Source: Podarcis tiliguerta
Lineage: Eukaryota
Length of the DNA: 64,000 nucleotides
Direction: 5' to 3' (one strand)
Assembly: GCA_965153285.1 (NCBI GenBank)
Contig: OZ229110.1
Shown here piece after piece: positions 1-8,464 of the stretch (within the stretch, counting starts at the first letter, position 1; each line of letters begins with the position of its first letter). Below the pieces are notes generated by a model. It had not been told where the DNA came from, ran no database searches, and saw only the letters and a program-made list of their open reading frames with translations. Made by a program: the position numbers and the translations under genes.

Positions 1-143
1 GGCAGCTGCGGAAATGAGTCTATAGGCCAAGGCACCCATCAGAGTAAGATAGAAACATAGCCTTGCCAGTCTAGTACCAGATCACCTCATAACCACCAGA
101 TGCAGTCTATGGTAGCCTGGCAAGAAGCATCTAGAAAATCCAC

Positions 144-203
144 CTTCTTACAATGGAGTTCCAAGGTGCTTCTGGATTGGCTACCTGATTTCCTTGGTTG
201 ACA
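144..203 (-). CDS. Possible Mondo-like coding exon 5
   Basis: tttttag|TGT CAA CCA ... AAG AAG|gtggat; 60 nt, phase 0, open (CQPRKSGSQSRSTLELHCKK). No recognisable motif, so tentative. Confidence 0.35.
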
Positions 204-299
204 CTAAAAAGGACTGTATGAGCTTGGGTGGAACATGTCATCTAGGGGTGAAGGGGAGCTATACGAAGTACAACACATCTTGCTGGAGAAGACACTTAC

Positions 300-389
300 C
301 TGGGTATAGGAAAACAACCTCCATTTGTGATATTCCCTGATGACAACCCCAACTTGGCGTTTCCAGTACTTTCCTTCCATGATGACAGC
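300..389 (-). CDS. Mondo-like coding exon 4 (MCR4)
   Basis: ggcag|GCTGTC ... ACCCAG|gtaagt; AVIMEGKYWKRQVGVVIREYHKWRLFSYTQ. Confidence 0.93.
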
Positions 390-3300
390 CTGCCAAACAA
401 AGGTGCAGCCAGGGGTCACATACTGAAATGCATAGTCTGTCTTCTTTGTACGTTCTTAAGTAAGAAAGGCCCAAATAACCTTTGCTCACCTCAGGCTTGC
501 GGTGCACATCTACATCACTGCACTCTAGTGGGGTCACAAAACTGCACACTGGGTTCTGCCGCTTCTCCACATCTGCATCCAGAATGAAATAGCAGGAAAG
601 GGGCTGTAATCTGCACTATAGCTTTAAGCAGGACCAAACAGAGAAAATACTTGCTGGCTGGCAGTCGCTCCCATTTCAGCATCCACTAAATAGGGCAGTA
701 GAGCTGATTTAATTGCTTAAATCCATAAGCAATTAATATGTGACTTTTGCTAGCATAAAGCTTTGCAAACTTGCAATACATAATTCTGTGTGAAGCAATC
801 TCCTTGGCTGAGGAAGTCATGGAAAACAAACATGTGCAGGGATGGAGGAAGAACCCATTTTTTGTGGATTTATACACAGAATTTGGTGGTTCCCACCTAA
901 TCTGCCCATATCGGATCACCATTTATATGGTTGGGATGTGTTTTTTGTTGTTGTTGTTTTTTAAATATCTTTTTCCAGGCTACTTACACTGCAGATACCA
1001 GGCCCTCCAGATGGCATTATTGAGTCGAATCTTGTCACGCTGTAGCAGTTTCAGCCCTTTGAAGGTTTTCCATTTGGGAGAGACAAGTTTCTCACTACAA
1101 ATGAGAAAGCCAAAAAACCACCTCTTGTAATACCAAGTATATCTGGCTTTCAAGGGGAAACAGGGCCAGGCAACAACCCAAAGAAGAAGGCGGCAGCTCA
1201 AAACACACTGAACAGGAGCATCTCTTTAATAAGCTTGACTATTCTATAGCCACAGTTTATTACTAATCTGTGCCAATAAAACTAAATTCTGCACTCAAAA
1301 CTATAAACTGTAAACTACTCAGATGTCTACAAATGTTCACCTTTTGTACAGATTGACCCAATATGCCTGCTTTATTCTAAACCTCTCACTGGATGTTGAT
1401 TCCTCCTCAACTTTTTAGAGCAAACTGTGAGAGAAGGAGAAAAATGAACAGGTTAGAAGTAGCATATGCTGATAAGTGTAGAACATAATTATAGACCATA
1501 TATTGGGATAAGAAGCTGTGTTGATTACAGAAGCTCTGCCCACAGAACTACATGGCTCTCTATGTATACTGCCTTCCTGTTTTTCTGATGAAGCTCCTCA
1601 ACAAAGGACAAAATCTTGCTTTTAAAAAGTATGCTATAGATACCAGCCTTGGGGTGGAATTCCATGTGGCAATTATGACAGAAGAAAAAATAGCCCTGGC
1701 TTTAGGTGGCAGATCTGGAAATACCCCCCACTCCCAGCCTTACTGTAAGGGGTTTTCCCCATTCATTATTGTTGCAGAGCCCCATCTACGAAGAGTCAGT
1801 GAGTGCTGGACAACTATTTCCAGGACAGAACCTAGGGTAATTCAATTATTCTGAAGAAATGCAGCATAATTTAAAACACATCCAGTTAAATGATTTGTGT
1901 TTTGCTATTAATAACCAATTTGTTAGTGAGTGTATCTCTCTACAACAGAAAAATATAGTATTGACTTGAGTAATCCAAATGATTAAAAACATCTTGGAAG
2001 GTTAATTCAGTGGTTTATTTCTTCCACTGTTAAAGTAAAACTGTGCCTCATCTGTATGTTCTTACGAAGGAGAAGAAATTATAATGAGCCAGCTTCTCCT
2101 TAGGAATACAGGCAGACACTGGCAGCTTGCATTCCACTCACACACTCTGTTTAATCAGTAGCAACACACTCATATTCTGCCCTTCAGAAGTTCACGTGAA
2201 GGTGCACAAACATCCCACATGAAAATCCTCACACTAAGCATATTGGACCACATTCTCAGGCCACCCTGTTGCACTCTGCCCCATTACATTTCAAACCTGG
2301 CAGCTGTTTCACTGAACAGTTGTGTAAAAGAAAACAAGATACTGTTCAGAACCCATGGCCCTTTGCTGTTCTGCCACAACAGGTTTTTTTTTGCACCTGC
2401 TTGAGACAGAATGAATAATGAATAATCCCAGGCAGATAGATCAGTCACAGTTCTAATGCATAGCTGTGCAAGGTTCAATATATGATTCTCTGTTACTATT
2501 GAGCAAAATATAATGTCTATTTCACTGGCTGGGGGCAGAGGCTTGCACTGCCACTGAAACCAGTGGGCTCAGGTATATGGTAAACTGAGCTTTTGACAAT
2601 GTTAATGTCAAAAAGGACTCTGGTTGAGGGGATTTCTTCAGGCATTCAAACTCCTCATAATACCTTTGCCCTTTTGCTAAGTCCAAGATCACATCTCATA
2701 ATGTTGTGGGAGATTAACTAAAAAATACCTAAAGGAGTCAACGTTTGAAATGTCATAATGCTGGAAGTCAAATAGCAGACCCAAAAATCCCAGTTCTGAG
2801 GATCTATTCCAGTTCACTAGGTTGCTGAAAATTCTGGAACACTTTTTTTCTTGATTTAAAGCTGCTTCATAGATATATATTTACAAGGAGATGATCACAA
2901 TGTAGGAAAAATGCATTCAGTGTTACATAAAAAATGGCAGAAGCAGTAATTTTGCAGCAAATATACGGTTGGGAAGCTAGTCTGCAACATACAGCTGTAG
3001 CATCCGCTGAATGTGCAACTCAGGTAAGAATATAACTTTTATATGAAAGGACTACAGCTATTTAATTCAAAAGTCTATATGCTAACATCAGGGCCAGACA
3101 TTCCTGGGAACAGGATACTGGTTAAAACAAATGCTGTCTGTTCCAGTGTGGTACTTTTTTATTTTAATTATTTTTAGAACTAGGAGAAATCCCAAAGGTC
3201 AAGATCAGTGCAGGATAGGCTGTTTGGCACCAAGAACCAGAAAAGAGAGTTGTTGTTTTACCATCACATGTCCAAAATGGTCTATGCAATCATGTCAAAT

Positions 3301-5817
3301 GTTACTTTAAAAAAGAAACACTAGAATTTCTAAACTTTTAAGAGGCACACAGCCAGCAATCAAGTGTTCTGGGTGCCATATGCAGCGAGCAGACTGCAAG
3401 TTTTTGATCCCTAATCTAGTCCAAGTTATGCCCTGAAGCACAGTAATGTAAAACATTCCAGAGAGTTGCCCACCCAGCCTTTCTTTGAAAGTTTCCAAGG
3501 AAGCAAATTTCATTACCTCCCTAAGCAGCTTGTTTCATTGCTCAAGTTTCTCTCCTACTTTACAGAAATGTTGGGGGGCCGGGGCCGGGGACAGCCAACC
3601 AATTCAAAAAATTCAGGGCATGTATTAATTTTCAACATACTACAGCACAGGTAACAATAATTAAAACTAGACTGTGCAAAACAAGCCAATTAGTTCCTTA
3701 ACATAAATCATTAAAATTCTGCACAAGAGTTCACATTAAAATTCTATTAGGAAGCTAAAGGGAGCATAGGAAGAAATACATGTCCTGTGAAAACTTCCTG
3801 TTTATATAACTTGCCAAGTTTTTATGCTTTAGCAACACTACTATCAGAAAGGGGACAAAACAGACCTTTACCACAGTGGATATACTTTATGATATTTAAT
3901 CCCACATAACCCAGACAGCTTTTTGACATTATGTCTCTAGCATCTGGCAGGGACAACTTGGGTCACAGTCCATTTCTCACTTTAAATACTCATGCTAACT
4001 ATCTGCTACACTCTGTCAAATAGAAATTTCTATTATTTAAGACTTTCTCTCCTTTCCACACATTGAAGGAGTCTGACCTGAGAGCTGATTAAAGATTAAA
4101 GGACTTGACTGCTTAATGAAAAAGTCAACTGGGGTATGAGATACACTGAAAATGGGGTAGATAAAAACCAAAGTAATATGTATGTGTCAGAAGCACTGTC
4201 TAAGCAGCAAGATGTGCTTTTCTGACATGATTTTCTGGGAAGACTAAAGTTAGTGTCAATTCCCCTCCTCTATGCTGTGCTTATACGAACATGTTCCCAT
4301 ATGCCACTAGAGACGCTATTGGGTACCTTGCAAATACAGTAAAATACCGTATTTTTCGCTCTATAAGACGCACCAGACCACAAGACGCATCTAGTTTTTG
4401 GAGGAGGAAAACAAGAAAAAAAATATTCTGAATCTCAGAAGCCAGAACAGCAAGAGGGATCGCTGCGCAGCCTGCATTCGCTCCATAAGACGCACACACA
4501 TTTCCCCTTGCTTTTTAGGAGGGAAAAAGTGAGTCTTATAGAGCAAAAAATACGGTAAGTAGCAGTGCAATCCTCTGCACCTTTTCTCAGAAGTAACTCC
4601 TACGGAGTTCAATGAGACTTATTCATTGATTCTAATCCCTTGTGTGTAGAACTGCAACCAGAGTGAGTGAGAAAAGAAAGAAAGAAAGAAAGAAAGAATA
4701 CTGTGCCAGAAAGCAAGTGGTAGTAGAATGCTGGAGAACCAGGCCCAACTCTATGTCATATCTAGGCCCCCTGCTTTCTTTTTTAACTACAAAACCGGAT
4801 TTGTTGGTTTCAACAGATGTATGCGTTTCTGACTCTAAAATGTCAGTTTCATTCCTTGACTACTCTGTTCTCACACGTGATGCCTGAGAACCTCCCTACC
4901 ACAAGTGAAAGTTCTTAAAGTGGAAGGAAAGGTTGCAGGGGAGCACTTCTTAACTGGCAGCTACAAATCTAGATTTATACACTCATTTAGATTTTAACTT
5001 GGCATGGCAGACACGACAAAGGCAAGCTGCGCTTTTGAAATGCCTTCTTGGGTGAAAATGCCCTTTATGTCTGTAGTTACAAGGAATCCGAGGCTTTTAC
5101 TTAACGATGCCAAGTTACCTGCAGATGGATTCTCTTATGAGTATCGTTTATCTGCATGCATACTAGTATATCTTGCGTATGAATGGCAAGCTAATTGGTC
5201 GTGCTGCAGTTCCCCCAGCAGGCACTCTGTAATCCCAAGGCATAGTCTGGTTCCCTGTAATCCCAAGGCATAGTCTGGTTCCCTGCATCCCGAGAGGCAA
5301 GGGCCGGAGGCAAGAAAGGAAGCCACCGCGCGGGCCCTTCTCTATCCCTTCTTACTGTGTCTCTCCCCATTTCCCCCCAGACACACACTTCCCGCTGTGC
5401 CCCGTTCGCTCGGGGGCTGCCCTGCCCGCCCCGCCCTTACCTGTAGGCGAGCGTCATGCACTCGAAGAGCTTCGTGAGCGAAGGGTCGATGCTGAGGGCT
5501 CCGCTGCTTCGAGGCCCGTAGCGGTAGCACAGGCACGCGGCCTCGTCCACCGTGTCGAAGTCGTAAGCGGCGGCGGCGGAGGTCAGCTGGGCCCCGTCAC
5601 CAGCCTTCCCGCCCGCGGCCTTCCGCGCGGAGCCGGCCCTTCTCGCTCGCTCCGCCGCGCTCGGCGGGGCGCCTTGGCCTGGCTGGCTCAGAGCCGCCTC
5701 CGGGTCCGGGTCGGCGTGGGGCTCCGACACCATGAAGTGGCCGCTGTGGATGATCTGCGGGCGCGACATCCTCCCAGGCGGAGGTCTCGCTGCCTCCCTC
5801 GCCGTCTCCCGGGGCAT
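300..5817 (-). CDS. Mondo-family (MLXIP/MLXIPL-like) bHLH-Zip transcription factor, N-terminal glucose-sensing module; partial gene continuing beyond the left edge
   Basis: Exons 5441-5817, 988-1094, 490-572 and 300-389 splice in frame with GT-AG sites. They give ...QIIHSGHFMVS...YDFDTV...IDPSLTKLFECMTLAYSEKLVSPKWKTFKGLKLLQRDKIRLNNAIWRAWYLQYVEKRQNPVCSFVTPL...HRKPEAVIMEGKYWKRQVGVVIREYHKWR, which is Mondo conserved regions 1-4. Family assignment is secure; orthology to MLXIP or MLXIPL is not. Confidence 0.93.
490..572 (-). CDS. Mondo-like coding exon 3
   Basis: gcag|ATGTGGAG ... CCTGAG|gtgagc; (Y)VEKRQNPVCSFVTPLECSDVDVHRKPE. Confidence 0.93.
988..1094 (-). CDS. Mondo-like coding exon 2
   Basis: tttgtag|TGAGAAACTT ... 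CTGCAGT|gtaagt; (S)EKLVSPKWKTFKGLKLLQRDKIRLNNAIWRAWYLQ. Confidence 0.95.
4347..4555. mobile_element. Tc1/mariner-superfamily MITE
   Basis: Terminal inverted repeats CCGTATTTTTCGCTCTATAAGAC / GTCTTATAGAGCAAAAAATACGG, flanked by TA on both sides. Confidence 0.85.
4672..4697. repeat. (AAAG)n microsatellite
   Basis: Directly visible. Confidence 0.85.
5227..5282. repeat. 28-bp tandem duplication
   Basis: CTGTAATCCCAAGGCATAGTCTGGTTCC x2 plus a partial third copy. Confidence 0.9.
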
Positions 5818-6130
5818 CTTTAGCACGCGAGAAGCAACGCCGCCGTCGCCGCCGCCATGGCAACGAGGGACCGCCGCCGGCGCAAACCCCAGCCGGGAAA
5901 GAGTCGCGACAGGTGCCAAAAGGCCGCCGTCGCAGCGGAGGAACAAAAGAGTACGCGGATTCTACCTCTTCCCAGCAGCTGCCCTGCCGTAGGCTCCCAT
6001 AGCAACAAGGAAAGAGCGTTTTGCGCATGTGTCCTAGTCCCCACCTCCTTGCCGTCGCCGCAGGGCATGATGGTTATGGTAGTTTTGTTTCAACATCCAC
6101 CTAGCGGCGAGAACGAGACAGTTATTCGCT
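5290..6130. promoter_or_regulatory. CpG island and promoter of the Mondo-like gene
   Basis: GC- and CpG-rich over exon 1; X-box-like motifs at 5851-5864 and 5993-6006; NRF1-like TGCGCATGTG near 6022. Confidence 0.75.
5441..5817 (-). CDS. Mondo-like coding exon 1 (MCR1 and start of MCR2)
   Basis: ATG at 5817 (alternative in-frame ATG at 5769); IIHSGHFMVS motif; donor TAC AG|gtaag. Confidence 0.88.
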
Positions 6131-7276
6131 AAGTAGCATAGACTTCACTGGGTAGAGTGACATACAGGGATCTACTTCCGGTATTTTAGATTTGCTTTAA
6201 CATTTAACAGTGCAACTCTTCTGCCTACAAGTCAGTAAACGCAGGGCTTCTGTGCGCAACTTTTCTGGAGTGCAGCTGATAGGGGCACAATCCAATTAAC
6301 ATGCCACTGATACTGAAACCCGAGACATGTTTTATCTGGTGGACTTTAGCCTGGAAATTTAAGGCAGCCTAAGCCCTGCTTCCACCCTTCATTCAGTGAC
6401 TCTACATTGCAAGGCTGCTGAAAGCCGTGCTCCTCTGTGATATTGGACTGTACTAGCAGTGGCAGGGCACTCATTTCCACGCGAAGTAAGGCTGCTGTCT
6501 CTCTGAATACTTTCTGGTTCCGCTTCTCAGTAAATAACTACGCTGAAATCTTGAGTCTCAACGTCAATTACCAAGGGCAGCTCTCGCTTTCAGCTGGAGA
6601 CAAAAAAATATATACATCCAGCTTCCCCATATGACAATGAGACAAGCTACTCTATTCAGTTCCTAGCTCTGTTCTTTTTAGCAGGCATGAGATGGCGGCG
6701 ACGTAAAATTACGCAACGACGCCATGGCGCAAGCAGGAAGCGGACCGAAAGGGTTGCTGGTAACTGTAGTTTCTCCCCACCCTCCGCTAGAGGTTCTGAT
6801 GCTTACATGTAATGAAACCAGGCTCGCCAATTCTCCCTGGGATTCGTCAGCGCTTGGAGAAGTTGGGGCGAGTGTGACCATGTGCTTTGCTGTCTGCACA
6901 CTCTACTGGTCACATGGTGAGCTGCGCCCTCATTCTCCATAGGTAAAACTCGGCTCACTGCACGATCGAGGGGCCCACAGAAAACTGATTCTGCAAACAG
7001 CCCTATGTTGTGGGATGCTTTATTGACCCGTTGTTCCCTAACGCAAATAGCCAGTGGCTAAAATGACCAGCTATTACCATGCAGCCACACTGTCTTTAAC
7101 AGAGCCCCACAGCTGTGTGGATACTGAGTAGCCTAGCCAGAGGAAAAACTGTCCCCCGTTTCCCTCCCTCAGGTAGGCGAGTTTGTGGTCACAGATTAGG
7201 TCCCAAGCATTAGGACACACATTTCAAAGAAAAGGACAAGACCAGAGTTCGAGCAAGTGGAAAGTTAACCAACTCT

Positions 7277-7282
7277 TTTATT
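7277..7282 (-). terminator. Candidate SSH3 polyadenylation signal AATAAA (second copy at 7019-7024)
   Basis: TTTATT on the plus strand about 680 nt downstream of the stop. Confidence 0.6.
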
Positions 7283-7960
7283 CCCAAGCAGAGTGAAGCT
7301 GGCAATGGCACAGTGGTTGTGTATGTGTGTGCAAAAGTAAACAGGGGCCGTTTCTTCCCCGGTTAGGATCACAGTGAGATACTACTTCCCTGGCCCCACC
7401 TCATAAAGCAGGGATGTGGGGAGCCCAGAGCCCTCCTCATGTGCTGGACTACTACTCTCATCATCTCTGACCATTCACCATGCTGGCACGGCTGGAGATA
7501 GTTAAGAGCCCAGCGACATCTTGGGAGGCCACAGGGACCCCCGCGGCTTTAACAAAGGGTAGTGTTATCAAAAGTGAGTTGAAGGAAGAAGCAGAAGTGC
7601 CCTGCAGTATAAATCCTGGAGCTGTGCAGTCTTCAAGACCATTTAGAGGTCTGAAATAAGTGGTTGGACAGAGCCCCACAAGAGCGCTGGTTTTCCCCCA
7701 GTGCAGTTCCATAGCTATGGAAAGAGATGGAGAGCCTGTGAAGCACTATAGTCTCTTAAAGGGATGGTCTCCCTTCCTCCTCTTTCCTGCCCTTCTCCCA
7801 GGCAGCTTTAAATTGCCACTTCCCACACCAGCTGCCAATAGTGCTTCAGGCAGAGGAAAGAAGCCCCCAACAATAGGAAGTGAACCTGTTTGGCCTTCAG
7901 GGCTCCATTTATCACTCCACTTATGAATAGAAGAAAGGGAGAAATGCCACAGCAAGGGTT

Positions 7961-8464
7961 TCACCCTGAGTTGGGGTCCATGTCTACGCTGGCCTGGCGA
8001 ACCATCCGCCGGGACCGGGAGCAGGGCAAGGAAGAACAGAGGGCAGTGCTTTCCTCAGGTTTGGATTCCTGAGGAGAAGGGGACCGGAGCTTGTCTGGTC
8101 CTTCGGGATCTGTGTGTCCCTCAAACTCCTTGGCCCGGCTCACCACCAGGGCAGCATCAGCCAGCTGAGCCACAGAGAGCCGGTGTTGTAAGGCGGGCCT
8201 GCGGCCAAATGGGACAGGGCCCTCCATGCGCTGGACAACTTTGCGCACCTTGCCTGGTGCCGGGTAGTATGAAAGCTGCTTGCAGACATGGCGACGTCCC
8301 CGGTGAGCCCTCCGCCCGTGTCGCCTGGCCCTGCGACCCTGAGCCTCCTCTTCCTCTGGCAGTGGCGCCTTTGCTGTAGAGTCTGTTCCTGACCCTGAAT
8401 TCTCTTCATTTTGGGGAAATGGCTCAAAGGTCACAGTCTTCTTCTTTTCATCATGAAGAAATAC
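7961..8464 (-). CDS. SSH3: SSH3 exon 14 (terminal coding)
   Basis: caacag|VFLHDEKKK...[16 protein letters not shown], stop TGA. Confidence 0.88.
   Translation of the reverse strand, partial: VFLHDEKKKTVTFEPFPQNEENSGSGTDSTAKAPLPEEEEAQGRRARRHGRRAHRGRRHVCKQLSYYPAPGKVRKVVQRMEGPVPFGRRPALQHRLSVAQLADAALVVSRAKEFEGHTDPEGPDKLRSPSPQESKPEESTALCSSLPCSRSRRMVRQASVDMDPNSG

Noticed and set aside
5227-5282. Alu-like or CRISPR-like reading of the CTGTAATCCCA repeats
   Set aside because: Only an 11-nt coincidence with Alu in a non-primate genome. The units are contiguous with no spacers, and there are no cas genes.
300-5817. Assigning the symbol MLXIP or MLXIPL to the Mondo-like gene
   Set aside because: Diagnostic residues are mixed and the synteny matches neither gene; a phylogeny is needed.
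5857-6132. Plus-strand 91-aa ORF with perfect Kozak GCCGCCATGG (possible divergent gene)
   Set aside because: No recognisable homology. The ATG is explained by the palindromic CCATGG of the X-box or uORF. Cannot be fully excluded without expression data.
1100-7000. Autoregulatory ChoRE (two E-boxes 5 bp apart) near the Mondo-like gene
   Set aside because: Only isolated CACGTG sites were noticed by eye and no convincing paired element; a PWM scan would be needed.
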